A stretch of 64,000 nucleotides of DNA from Hydrolagus colliei (taxonomy: Eukaryota). Both the position numbers and the translations under genes were made by a program. Positions 37,396 through 49,894 of the stretch are shown here, piece after piece; position 1 is the first letter of the stretch, and every line of letters begins with the position of its first letter. The stretch lies in NCBI GenBank assembly GCA_035084275.1, contig CM068742.1, positions 154,132,001 through 154,196,000 on the forward strand, in the 5' to 3' direction. Below the pieces are notes generated by a model. It saw only the letters and a program-made list of their open reading frames with translations. It did no database searches and was not told the DNA's origin.

Positions 37396-39620
37396 ACATA
37401 AGAACATAAGAAATAGGAGCAGGAGTAGGCCATTCGGCCTATCGAGCCTGCCCCACCATTCAATCATGGCTTATATTCTACTCTAACTCCAGCTACCTGC
37501 CTTATCCCCACACTCCTTAATCCTTTTATAAATGAGAAATCTATTTAACTTAGTCTTGAATATGTTCAAGGACTGAGCATCAACAGCCCTTGGGGGGTAA
37601 AGATTCCATAATTCACTACCCTCTGAGTGAAGAAGTTTTTTCTCAACTCAGTGTGAAAGGGCTGACCCCTAACTTTAAGACTGTGACCTCTGGTTTTAGA
37701 TTCTCCAACCAGGGAAAACAATCTCCCACTATCTACTCCAGATCCATCACTCCTCCCCCCCTAAACTCCTTGCCCTCTTCCTCTCCCACTGGTTCAATAT
37801 CAGATTCTGCCATTGTCCATTGCTCCGTTCACACTCCACGGTGGAATTTGGAATCACATCGAATCATAGAGTCTTACAGCACAAAAGGAGGCCTTTCTGC
37901 CCATCGAGTGTGTGCCGGCACTTTAAAAAGAGCAATTTAATCCCACTCCCCAGCTCTCTCCCCATAACCTCACAAACCCATCCTCCCCAAATAAATGTCT
38001 ACTTCTCTTTTAAAAGTTGTTATCGAATCAGCCTCCACCACCTTTTCAGGCAATGCATTCTAGATTCCAACAATTTGCTGAGTGAGAAATTTCTCCTCAG
38101 CTTCCCTCTGCTTCAGTTTGAATTCTGTGACCACGAATCACTGACACACCTAGCAGTGGAAACAGTTTTTCCCTGTTTACCCTATTGAATCCCCTCATGA
38201 TCTTGAAAACCTCTATTAGGTCCCTTGTAACATTCTCTGCTCCAATGAGCATAAACCTAACCTCTCTAGTCTTTCCTCATACCCTCATTCCTGGTACCAT
38301 CCTGATAAATCTCCTCTGCACCTTTTCCAATGCCTTAATATCCTTCCTAAAGTGTGGTGACCAGAATTTAACACAGTACTCTAGCTGAGGCCTAACCAAA
38401 GTTTTATAGAGTTTAGTCAGAACTTCCTGACTTTTGTACTTTATTCCCCTTATTCTTAAAGCCTAGTATCCCATATGCTTTGTTAACAGCCTTGTCTACC
38501 TGTCCAGCCACCTTCAAAGAATCACTTATACAAATCCCCAGGTCTCTCTGATCCTTCACACCACTTTAATTGTACTATCAGCCTCTAATGCCTCTCCTCA
38601 TTTCTCCTCTCAGAATGCATCACCTCACATTTATCCACATTAAATTTCATCTGCCATGTGTCTGCCCATTTTACCATTCTGTCTATATCTTCTTGCAGAT
38701 GACTACTATTCTCCTCACTATTTACTACTTTTCCTAACTTTGTGTCATCTGCAAATTTGGAAATGGTACTCTCTATACCCAAGTCCAGATGATTAATATA
38801 AATTAAAAAGTGCAGTGGTCCCAATACCGATCCCTGGGGGATGCCATTGTACACTTCCCTCCAGTCAGAACACCAACTGTTCACCACAACTCTCTGCTTT
38901 CTGTCTCCCAGCCAGTTCAGATTCATTAGGTTAGTTCCTGGGATGTAGATTCACTAGGTTAGTTCCTGGGATGAGGGGACAGACCTACGACGATAGGATG
39001 AATAAACTAGGGCTGTATTCTCTAGAGTACAGAAAAATAAGGGGGATCTTATTGAAACATATAAGATTCTTAAAGGGCTGGATAAAGTAGGCACTGAGGG
39101 ACTGTTTCCCCTGGTAGGAGGGACTGTTTCCCCTGGTAATTCACTACCCCAGAAGGCTGTAGATGCTCAGTCCATGAACATTATCAAGGCTGAGACTGAT
39201 AGATTTTTGAAAAATACAGGGATCAGGGGATATGGGGATAGGGCAGGTCATTAGTTAGGTGAGAAGATCAGCCATGATCTTGTTGAATGGCGAGACAGGC
39301 TCGAAGGGCCGAATGGCCTACTCCTGCTCCTAATTCTTATGTTCTTCAGGATCCATGCTGCCACTGTCCCATTAATACAGCCATGAGCTTCCATTTTCCT
39401 TATAAGTCTTTTATGTGGCACTTTGTCAAATGCCTTTTGAAAGTCCATATAAACCACATCAACTGCACTACCCTCATCTACCCATTCTGTTACCTCATCA
39501 AAAAACTTTATCAGATTTGTCAGGCAAGATTTTCCTTTAACAAATCAGTGCTGATTGTCTTGTATTAACCTGTATCTTTCTAAGTGAAGATCTATCTTGT
39601 CCCTGATTATAGTCTTTAGA
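37396..39620 (-). mobile_element. Cluster of rearranged CR1 fragments, mostly minus strand
   Basis: ataagaacataaga and catagagtc tails; [16 protein letters not shown] and DFQKAFDK fragments. Confidence 0.85.
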
Positions 39621-40028
39621 AGTTTCCCCACTACTGATGTTAGATGTTAGATATTTGCTAACCTTTTCTTGGCATTCTTCCCTACCTTCGCTTGAGTCAC
39701 TTTTGTATTGCTTAGAGGTTACAGTACTCTCGCCTTTTTTTTTTACACACAAGATTTGCTCCTTTTCATCTTATCTAACCCGACCAGACCTCCTGACTTA
39801 CTTGTCCTTGATGGTCTGAACATTTTCAATAATTCATTGTCCTGTCTTTGGATCTCTCTATGTGACTTACTCATCTGAAGCTTTCGCAGCCCTTTCAGTG
39901 CTCATTTTTGGGATAATACAGTAACTGCTACTTCAATGGACTGTCATCCATTCTCCTGATTCTTATCTAGTCACATTCCAGTGCAAGCCCATCTCAATGT
40001 TTCTATCTTGAACTGAATGTGTGTGTGT

Positions 40029-41049
40029 CTGATGTAACTAGTGGAGTGCCACAAGGATCAGTGCTTGGGCCTCAGCTATTTACTATTTATATCAATGATC
40101 TAGATGAGAACATTTAATATAACGTGTCTAAATTCGCGGATGACACTAAACTAGGTAGCAGAGTGAGCTCTGAGGATGATGCAAAAAGATTGCAACAAGT
40201 TATAGATAGACTAGGGGAGTGGGCAAGTAGGTGGCAGATGGAATTCAATGTTAGCAAGTGTGAAATTATTCACCTAGGTAGCAAGACTAAAAGAATAGAT
40301 TATTTTCTAGAGGGGGAAACGTTAGATAGGGATTTAGGTGTCCTTGTACACAAGTCCCAAAAAGTTAGTTTGCAGGTGCAGCAAGCAACTAAGAAGGGGA
40401 ACGGCATGCTAGCGTTCATTTCAAAAGGTTTATAGTATAAGAGTAGGCAAGTCTTTCTGCAACTGTATAGGGCCCTGGTGAGACTGCACCTAGAGTATTG
40501 TGTGCAGGTATGGTCTCTTTATTTAAAAAAGGACATACTTGCCTTAGAGGGGGGGCAGCGTAGATTCACTAGGTTAGTTCCTGGGATGAGGGGACTGACC
40601 TAGGAGGATAGGTTGAATAAACTAGGGCTGTACTCTCTAGAGTACAGAAGAATTAGGGGGGATCTTATTGAAACATATATGATTCTTAAAGGGCTAGATA
40701 AAGTAGAAACTGTGGGACTGTTTCCCCAGGTAGGAGAATCTATAACCAGGGGTCACAGTCTTAAAATTAAGGGTCAGCCTTTTAGAACAGAGTTGAGGAA
40801 ACATTTCTTCACTCAGAGGGTAGTGAATTTATGGAATTCACTACCCCAGAAGGCTGTAGATGCTCAGTCCTTGAACATTTTCAAGGCTGAGACTGATAGA
40901 TTTTTGAAAAATAGAGGGATTAGGGGATATGGGGATAGGGCAAGTAATCAGAGTTAGGTGAGAAGATCAGCCATGATCTTGTTGATTGGTGGAGCAGGCT
41001 CGAAGGGCTGAATGGCCTACTCCTGCTCCTAATGCTTATGTTCTTATGT
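40029..41049 (+). mobile_element. CR1 (second subfamily) with 12-bp TSD
   Basis: [10 protein letters not shown]...WNSLPQK; (TTCTTATG)-type tail; TSD atgtgtgtgtgt at 40017-40028 and 41050-41061. Confidence 0.92.
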
Positions 41050-41282
41050 ATGTGTGTGTGTTCCAAACCACATGGCATCTTTTTGTTTAAAACATTCTAA
41101 TTGATTCAATTATTCACTACATGATCAATAATCCTTATTCTATACTATACTATCATTTCAACTATGACAACACTGACCTTTCACTGTGGGAATGTCTATT
41201 TGCCAAGGCTCCTCACATGTGTGTAACATGTACTGTGTCACACTGACTGCTCTGCACTATTCCAATCCTGTTCCTGTCTCAG

Positions 41283-41666
41283 GTCATGAAGAGAAGCTCC
41301 CGTCAGTGACTGGTACCAAGGGAGGTGATGCCACACTGCCCTGCTCCTTCACCAGGCCCAACACACACCAGAATCCTGCCACAGTCACAGTGATTTGGAG
41401 GAGAGGGAGGCCACAAGGGCAGCCAGTTACTAATGACACTCTTGACCTCGCCGCCCGCTCCAACCCCAGGGAGTCAGAGACAGTGAATGAAGGAAATCGC
41501 TATAACCTGGTCGGGAATGTGAGGGATGGAGACGCTTCCCTGAGGATCAGGGACCTGGAGTTAAATGACGCCGACCGGTATTTCTGTCACATACACGTCA
41601 TGTTTACCATTGGCGGACACCAAGAGGACCAGGTGACACAGGACATGTCACAGCTGCAGGTTTTTG
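41283..41666 (+). CDS. SIGLEC15: SIGLEC15-like copy 2, V-set exon 2 (intact)
   Basis: 384 bp, phase 1-1, open frame, canonical C/W/C, DADRYFCHIH (no Arg). Confidence 0.85.
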
Positions 41667-41771
41667 GTAAGAAATTAGGAGTTGTCAATGGGACCATTGA
41701 AGAGGGACACGGAAAGGAGTAAATGAACAGGTTAATTTTCACCGGTGGATTGTTACAGACAAGATTTGTCT

Positions 41772-42628
41772 AGACAGAGGCTCTCCTGATTGGCTCACGT
41801 CAGTGCCTCCGCACCTCAGGCGCTGACAACATCAGCGTTCTAGGCTGCTCTCTCCACCTCTTGAAGCCAATCAGGAATCTGGGCATTTTGTTTGACCCCG
41901 AATTGTCCTTCTTCCCTCATATCCACGCCATGACCGGCACAGCCTTCCACCATCTCCATAACATTGCCAGACTCCACCAATGCCTCACCTCGCCCCATGC
42001 AGCCGAAACACTCCGACACACCGTCATTTCATCTAGGATGGATTACGGGAAATCTCTCCTCGTCAGCCTTCCCAGCTCCTCCCTTCACATGCCACTCTGC
42101 AGCTCATGTCCTCTCCCGCACTAGGCTACACGATCACATCACTCCCACCCTCGCCCGTCTCCACTGGCTCCCGTCCCCCAGAGGATTGAATTCAAAATCC
42201 TCATCCTCACCTTCAAGGCCATTCACGGCCTTGCCACCGACTATCACTCTGACCTGCTGTCTCCCTACCAGCCTCCCCTGTCCCCTCCGCACAGCAGCCT
42301 CAGGCCTGCTCTGCATCCACCGCCCTAACACCCCAACCATCGGGGGCCGGGCTCTCAGCCTCTCTGCTCCCACACTGTGGAACTCCATCCCGCAGCCCCT
42401 CCCCCTCGCTTCCTCCCTTTCCTCCTTCAAGGCCGGTCTCAAGACCTTTTTCTTTGACCGCGCCTCTGGCTCCATTCCTAACTCTTCACCCTCTCCTACT
42501 CGCCTTCCCTCCCCTCTACCCCAACCCTTCCCCGCCTGCTCGGGTCCCGACCTGATTGTTCAGCCCCTTCGGACGTCCTCCAGATGTAAAAGCCGCTCGA
42601 TAAATGTAACTTGATTGTTGTTGTTGTT
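41772..42628 (+). mobile_element. L2 3' fragment inserted in the V2-C2 intron
   Basis: IRNLGILFDPELSF...LHWLP...LWNSIP; (ttg)n tail; absent from copies 1 and 3; tgtct duplicated at the ends. Confidence 0.88.
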
Positions 42629-43929
42629 GTCTCGTTCTTTACCCTGTGCCTCAACAGCAGCAAAAACAGTAACAAAATTAAACTTGTATAGCGCCTTTCA
42701 AGTCGGAGGATGTCCCAAGGCTCTGGAGAGTGTCAGACTTGAGCTGGGGCTGGGCCCCCCCCAGCCCCAGGGGGGGGTGGGGGAGGGGAGGAAAGGGATT
42801 AGGAATGGTCAATGGGACCATTGAAGAGGAGAGTCTTGAGGCGGGACTTGAAGGAGGCCAGGGAGGGAGCCAGGTGGAGGGATTGCGGAATCGAGTCCCA
42901 GAGGTTGGGGGCAGAGTGACTAAAGCTTCGCCTCACGTGATAATTAGCACAAGAAACTTGATATGAAACAGTGGAACTTTTTCCCTGGGGCCACGGATTA
43001 TTCTCACTTGCCTCCAGTTAACGCTAGAGCCAAAGTTAGGGTGATCCTAGCTGGACAAGCAGCCGGTATCTTGCCAAAATGTGTTTTTCACAAGATCACA
43101 GGATTGGTCTGAATGAAGAATTCCCATCTAATCTTATCCTTACTGAACCCCCCAATCACCCCCTAATCCCTACCAACCCCTCACGCCCCAATACATTGGT
43201 ATCAAGCGGAGTCTAAAAGTCTGTAATTGCTCTGCCTGAAGGGAAATTGGATAGATACGTAAAAAGGAAACATTTTCAGGGCTCTGGGGTAAGAGCGGGA
43301 CAGTGGGACTAGTTGGTAGCTCAGTACATCCTGTAGCTTGGGGCACTTGCCTTGTCTTAAACCCAGTTGTTAGTCGATTATCAGGTAATTTTCTAGGGGC
43401 AGTAAACAATATTTTTTTAAAAATTTACTAAAAAAAGTTTTGTCATTCACTATTTGTGGGACACTGCTGTGCGAAATTAGCTGCTGGTTTAAAATATAAA
43501 GTCAATTCACTTGCCAGTATATTCTGTGAAACGCTTTGAGACATCTAGAAGACGTGAAAAGCACTATATTAAATGCAATTATTATTATTAGTAGCAGTAA
43601 ATACAGAGATGATTATGTATTACAGCTCTTTGAAAGAGACAGTGCAAAGATGAGGGCCACAGTAGATTTCTTCCTGCTTTAAGATTCTGTGATTTTAAAA
43701 TAGAATTATTAATTATTTGAAGAGGAACATTGCAAACAAAGCGAAAATGTTCAAGAGAAAAGTATGCAATGGGATTAGAGCAGAAAACAACAACAACAAA
43801 ATTACATTTGTATTGTGTCTTTTATGTTGGGGGGCCATCTGAAGAACACCAGTGAGTAAGCGAGTACCAGCGGGTATGATGTTGAAAGTAATTTAATTGG
43901 AATAACTCTGTGTTTCTTTATACCCAAAG

Positions 43930-46900
43930 CCCCGGCCGTCATCCTGACTATGTCCCTCATGGCCGGTGATGGAGCCGGAGGTGGCATCGTGTGCACGGCT
44001 GAAGGGGAACCACCAGCCACCATCACATGGATCGACCCCCAGAATAACACGCTGCCCATCAACACCAGCCTCACACCAGTCACACATGTACCAGACACAC
44101 ATCTAACAGTGGGGGAGATCTGGGGCCTGAAGCTGAGGGGAACTTACCGCTGTGTAGCTGAGAACACACAGGGTAGTGACACTCAAGACATCTTCGTGCT
44201 TGGACCAGTGAGTGAATGGGTCAGGGAGAGCTATGAGGACTTGGTGAATAGTGGGGACAGGGACAGTGATAAGGACAGGGAGATTAGTGGGGACTGGGAG
44301 AGTAGTGGAGACTGGGAGAGTAGTGGGGAAAGGGAGAGTGATGGGGACAGGGAGAGTAGTGGGGACAGGGAGAGTGATGGGGACAGGGAGAGTAGTGGGG
44401 ACAGGGAGAGTAGTTGGGACAGGGAGAGTGATGGGGACAGGGAGAGTAGTGGGGACAGGGAGAGTAGTGGGGACAGGGAGAGTGATGGGGACAGGGAGAG
44501 TAGTGGGGACTGGGAGAGTAGTGGGGACAGGGAGAGTGATGACGACAGGGAGCGTGATGAGGAAAGGGAGAGAAGTGGGGACAGGGATAGTAGTGGGGAA
44601 AGGAAGAGTAGTGGGGACAGGGAGAGTGATGAGAAAAGAGAGAGTAGTGGGGCCATGGAGAGGTATGAAGAAAGGGAGAGTAGTGGGAACAAGGAGAGTA
44701 GTGGGGATAGGGAGAGTAGTGGGGACAGGGAGAGTAGTGTGGACAGGGAGAGTGATGGAGACAGGGAGAGTAGTGTGGACAGGGAGAGTGATGGAGACAG
44801 GGAGAGTAGTGGGGACAGGGAGAGTGATGAGGCAAGAGAGAATAGTGGGGACAGGGAGAGTAGTGGGGACAGGGAGAGTGATGAAGAAAGGGAGAGTAGT
44901 GGGGACAGGGAGAGTAGTGGGGACAGGGAGAGTGATGAAGAAAGGGAGAGTAGTGGGGACAGGGAGAGTAGTGGGGACAGGGAGAGTGATGGAGACAGGG
45001 AGAGTAATGTGGAAAGGGAGAGTGATGAGGCAAGAGAGAATAGTGGAGATTGGGAGAGTAGTGGGGACAGGGAGAGTGATGAAGAAAGGGAGAGTAGTGG
45101 GGATAGGGAGAGTAGTGTGGACAGGGAGAGTAGTGGGGACAGGGAGAGTGATGAAGAAAGGGAGAGTAGTGGGGACAGGGAGAGTAGTGGGGACAGGGAG
45201 AGTAGTGGGGACAGGGAGAGTAGTGGGGACAGGGAGAGTAGTGGGGACAGGGAGAGTAGTGGGGACAGGGAGAGTAGTGGGGACAGGGAGAGTGATGAAG
45301 AAAGGGAGAGTAGTGGGGACAGGGAGAGTGATGGGGACAGGGAGAGTGATGAGAAAAGAGAGAGTAGCGGGGCCATGGAGAGTTATGAAGAAAGGGAGAG
45401 TAGTGGGAACAAGGAGAGTAGTGGGGATAGGGAGAGTAGTGGGGACAGGGAGATTAGTGGGAACAGGGAGAGTAGTGGGGACAGGGAGAGTAGTGGGGAC
45501 AGGGAGAGTAGTGGGGACAGGGAGAGTAGTAGGGACAGGGAGAGTGATGGGGAGAGGGAGAGTGATGGGGACAGGGGGAGTAGTGGGGACAGGGAGAGTA
45601 GTGGGGACAGGGAGAGTAGTGGGGACAGGGAGAGTAGTGGGGACAGGGAGAGCAGTAGGGACAGGGAGAGTGATGGGGAGAGGGAGAGTGATGGGGACAG
45701 GGGGAGTAGTGGGGACAGGGAGAGTAGTGGGGACGGGGAGAGTGATGGGGAGAGGGAGAGTGATGGGGAGAGGGAGAGTGATGGGGATAGGGAGAGTAGT
45801 GGGGACAGAGAGAGTAGTGGGGACACGGAGATTGATGAAGAAAGGGAGAGAAGTGGGAACAGGGAGAGTAGTGGGGAAAGGGAGAGTAGTGGGGACAGGG
45901 AGAGTGATGGAGACAGGGAGAGTAGTGGGGCCAGGGAGAGTGATGGAGAAAGGGAGAGAAGTGGGGACGGGGAGAGTAGTGGGGACACGGAGAGCAGTGG
46001 GGACAGGGAGAGTGATGGGGAAAGGGAGAGTAGTGGGGAAAGGGAGAGTAGTGGGGACAGGGAGAGTAGTGGGGACAGGGAGAGTAGTGGGGACAGGGAG
46101 AGTAGTGGGGACAGGGAGAGTAGTGGGGACGGGGAGAGTAGTGGGGACAGGGAGAGTGATGGGGACAGGGAGAGTGATGGGGACAGGGAGAGTAGTGGGG
46201 ACACAGAGAGTAGTGGGGAAATGGAGAGTGATGGAGAAAGGGAGAGTAGTGTGCACAGGGAGAGTAGTGGGGACGGGGAGAGTAGTGGGCACATGGAGAG
46301 TGATGGAGACAGGGAGCATGATGAGAAAAAGGAGAGAAGTGGAGACAGGGAGAGTGATGGAGAAAGGGAGAGTAGTGGGGACAGGGAGAGTAGTGTGGAC
46401 AGGGAGAGTAATGTGGAAAGGGAGAGTAATGTGGAAAGGGAGAGTGATGAGGCAAGAGAGAATAGTGGAGACTGGGAGAGTAGTGGGGAGAGGGAGAGTG
46501 ATGGGGACAGGGAGAGTAGTGGGGACAGGGAGAGTAGTGGGGACAGGGAGAGTGATGGGGAGAGGGAGAGTGATGGGGAGAGGGAGAGTGATGGGGACAG
46601 GGGGAGTAGTGTGGACAGGGGGAGTAGTGGGGACAGTGAGAGTAGTGGGGACAGGGAGAGTGATGGGGAGAGGGAGAGTGATGGGGAGAGGGAGAGTGAT
46701 GGGGACAGGGAGAGTAGTGGGGACAGGGAGAGTAGTGGGGACAGGGAGAGAAGTGGGAACAGGGAGCGTAGTGGGGAAAGGGAGAGTAGTGGGGACAGGG
46801 AGAGTGATGGAGACAGGGAGAGTAGTGGGGCCAGGGAGATTAGTGGGGACAGGGAGAGTAGTGGGGACAGGGAGAGTAGTGTGGACAGGGAGAGTAGTGG

Positions 46901-48581
46901 GGACAGGGAGAGTAGTGGGGACGGGAAGAGTAGTGGGGACAGGGAGAGTGATGGGGAGAGGGAGAGTGATGAGAAAAGAGAGAGTAGCGGGGCCATGGAG
47001 AGTTATGAAGAAAGGGAGAGTAGTGGGAACAAGGAGAGTAGTGGGGATAGGGAGATTAGTGGGGACAGGGAGAGTAGTGGGGACAGGGAGAGTAGTGGGG
47101 ACAGGGAGAGTAGTGGGGACAGGGAGAGTAGTGGGGACAGGGAGAGTAGTAGGGACAGGGAGAGTGATGGGGAGAGGGAGAGTGAAGGGGACAGGGGGAG
47201 TAGTGGGGACAGGGAGAGTAGTGGGGACAGGGAGAGTGATGGGGATAGGGAGAGTAGTGGGGACAGAGAGAGTAGTGGGGACACGGAGATTGATGAAGAA
47301 AGGGAGAGAAGTGGGAACAGGGAGAGTAGTGGGGAAATTGAGAGTAGTGGGGACAGGGAGAGTGATGGAGACAGGGAGAGTAGTGGGGCCAGGGAGAGTG
47401 ATGGAGAAAGGGAGAGAAGTGGGGACGGGGAGAGTAGTGGGGACACGGAGAGCAGTGGGGACAGGGAGAGTGATGGAGAAAGGGAGAGTAGTGGGGAAAG
47501 GGAGAGTAGTGGGGAAAGGGAGAGTAGTGGGGACAGGGAGAGTAGTGGGGACAGGGAGAGTAGTGGGGACAGGGAGAGTAGTGGGGACAGGGAGAGTAGT
47601 GGGGACAGGGAGAGTAGTGGGGACAGGGAGAGTAGTGGGGACGGGGAGAGTAGTGGGGACAGGGAGAGTGATGGGGACAGGGAGAGTATTGGGGACAGGG
47701 AGAGTGATGGGGACAGGGAGAGTAGTGGGGACACAGAGAGTAGTGGGGAAATGGGGAGTGATGGAGAAAAGGAGAGTAGTGTGCCCAGGGAGAGTAGTGT
47801 GGACAGGGAGAGTAGTGGGGACGGGGAGAGTAGTGGGCACATGGAGAGTGATGGAGACAGGGAGCGTGATGAGAAAAAGGAGAGAAGTGGAGACAGGGAG
47901 AGTGATGGAGAAAGGGAGAGTAGTGGGGACAGGGAGAGTAGTGTGGACAGGGAGAGTAATGTGGAAAGGGAGAGTGATGAGGCAAGAGAGAATAGTGGAG
48001 ACTGGGAGAGTAGTGGGGAGAGGGAGAGTGATGGGGACAGGGAGAGTAGTGGGGACAGGGAGAGTAGTGGGGACAGGGAGAGTGATGGGGAGAGGGAGAG
48101 TGATGGGGAGAGGGAGAGTGATGGGGACAGGGGGAGTAGTGTGGACAGGGGGAGTAGTGGGGACAGTGAGAGTAGTGGGGACAGGGAGAGTGATGGGGAG
48201 AGGGAGAGTGATGGGGAGAGGGAGAGTGATGGGGACAGGGAGAGTAGTGGGGACAGGGAGAGTAGTGGGGACAGGGAGAGAAGTGGGAACAGGGAGCGTA
48301 GTGGGGAAAGGGAGAGTAGTGGGGACAGGGAGAGTAGTGGGGACAGGGAGAGTAGTGTGGACAGGGAGAGTAGTGGGGACAGGGAGAGTAGTGGGGACGG
48401 GAAGAGTAGTGGGGACACGGAGAGTGATGGAGACAGGGAGAGTAGTGGGGACAGGGAGAGTAGTGGGGACATGGAGAGTGATGGAGAAAGGGAGAGTAGT
48501 GTGGACAGGGAGAGTAGTGGGGATGGGGAGAGTAGTGGGCACATGGAGAGTGATGGAGAGCAGTGGAGACAGGGAGAGTGA
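43930..48581 (+). CDS. SIGLEC15: SIGLEC15-like copy 2, C2-set domain reading into a giant (GDRESS/GDRESD)n stalk; stops before the TM
   Basis: Acceptor tttctttatacccaaag|cc, phase 1; CTAEGEPP...W...GTYRCVAENTQG matches the recalled Siglec-15 C2 motif; frame open for ~1550 codons. Confidence 0.7.
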
Positions 48582-48850
48582 TGGAGAAAGGGAGAGTAGT
48601 GTGGACAGGGAGAGTAATGGGGACAGGGAGAGCAGTGGGGATAGAGAGAGTAGTGGGGACAGGGAGAGTGATGGCGACAGGGAGCGTGATGAGAAAAAGG
48701 AGAGAAGTGGAGACAGGGAGAGTGATGGAGAAAGGGAGAGTAGTGGGAACAGGGAGAGTAGTGGGGACAGGGAGAGTAGTGTGGACAGGGAGAGTAATGT
48801 GGAAAGGGAGAGTGATGAGGCAAGAGAGAATAGTGGAGACTGGGAGAGTA

Positions 48851-49894
48851 GAATCATAGAATCATAGAATCATAGAATTTTACGGCACAAAAGGAGGCCA
48901 TTCGGCCCATCTAGTCTGTGCCGGCTCTTTGAAAAGAGCGATTCAATCCCACTGCCCTGCCCGCTCCCCATAGCCTAATAGACCTGTTCTCCCTAAATAA
49001 AGATCTAATTCCCTTTTAAAAGTTCTTATCGAATCAGCCTCCACCACCTTTTCAGGCAATGCATTCCAGATTCGAACAACTCGCTGAGTGAAAAAATTTC
49101 TCCTCAGCTCCCCTCTACTTCGCCTTGAAACTATTTTAAATCTGTGACCACCAGTCACAGATTCGCCCACGAGTGGAAATAGTTTTTATCTATTTGCCCT
49201 GTCGAAACCCCTCATGATCTTATAAACCTCTATGAGGTCTCCCCTCAATCTTCTCTGCTCCAGAGAGAATAACCCTAGCCTATCTAGCCTCTCCTCATAG
49301 CTGAAGTCCCTCAATCCTGGCACCATCCTAGTAAATCTTCGTTGTACCCTTTCCAATGCCTTCACATCCTTTCTGTAGTGTGGTGACCAGAATTGAACAC
49401 AGTATTCCAGCTGAGGCATCACCAAAGTCCTATAGAGGTTAGTCAGCACTTCCTGACTTTTGTACTCTATACCCCTATTTATAAAGCCTAGTATCCCATA
49501 TGCCTTCTTAACAGCCTTGTCTACCTGTCCTGCCACCTTCAACGAGTCACTAACACAAATCCCCAGGTCTCTCTGTTCCTTTACACCATTTAAAATTGTA
49601 CTATCTAGCCTATATTGCCTCCCTTCATTTCTTCTCCCAAAATGCATCACCTCACACTTCTCTGCATTAAACTTCATCTGCCATGTGTCTGCCCACTTTA
49701 CCAATTTGGCTATATCCTCTTGCAGATGGCTACTATCCTCCTCACTGTTTACTATTCTCCCTAACTTAGTGTCATCTGCAAACTTGGAAACTGTACTCCG
49801 TACACCCAAGTCCAGATCATTGATGTAGATTACAAACAGCAATGGTCCCAAAACCGATCCGTGTGGCACACCACTGCTCACTTCCCTCCAATCT
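48851..49894 (-). mobile_element. Young 5'-truncated CR1 inserted in the minisatellite
   Basis: (gaatcata)n tail at 48851; nearly intact ORF2 C-terminus from DWREVSSGVP; TSD not resolvable inside the repeat. Confidence 0.95.

Larger units (their letters stand above)
36732..41169. mobile_element. Putative solo LTR (TGT...ACA, 4-bp TSD) carrying nested CR1 insertions
   Basis: Inserted in the V1-V2 intron relative to copies 1 and 3; ends tgtaag...atgaca; flanks agac/acac versus empty-site acac; ~1.2 kb of unique sequence remains after removing the CR1s. Confidence 0.55.

Noticed and set aside
44103-48867. 1,500-aa ORFs in other frames (mucin-like PTTLPV on minus, VVGTGR on plus, LLSLSP, HYSPCP)
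   Set aside because: The 18-bp unit is stop-free in five of six frames. Only the GDRESS frame is continuous with a spliced C2 domain and with the TM in the paralog.
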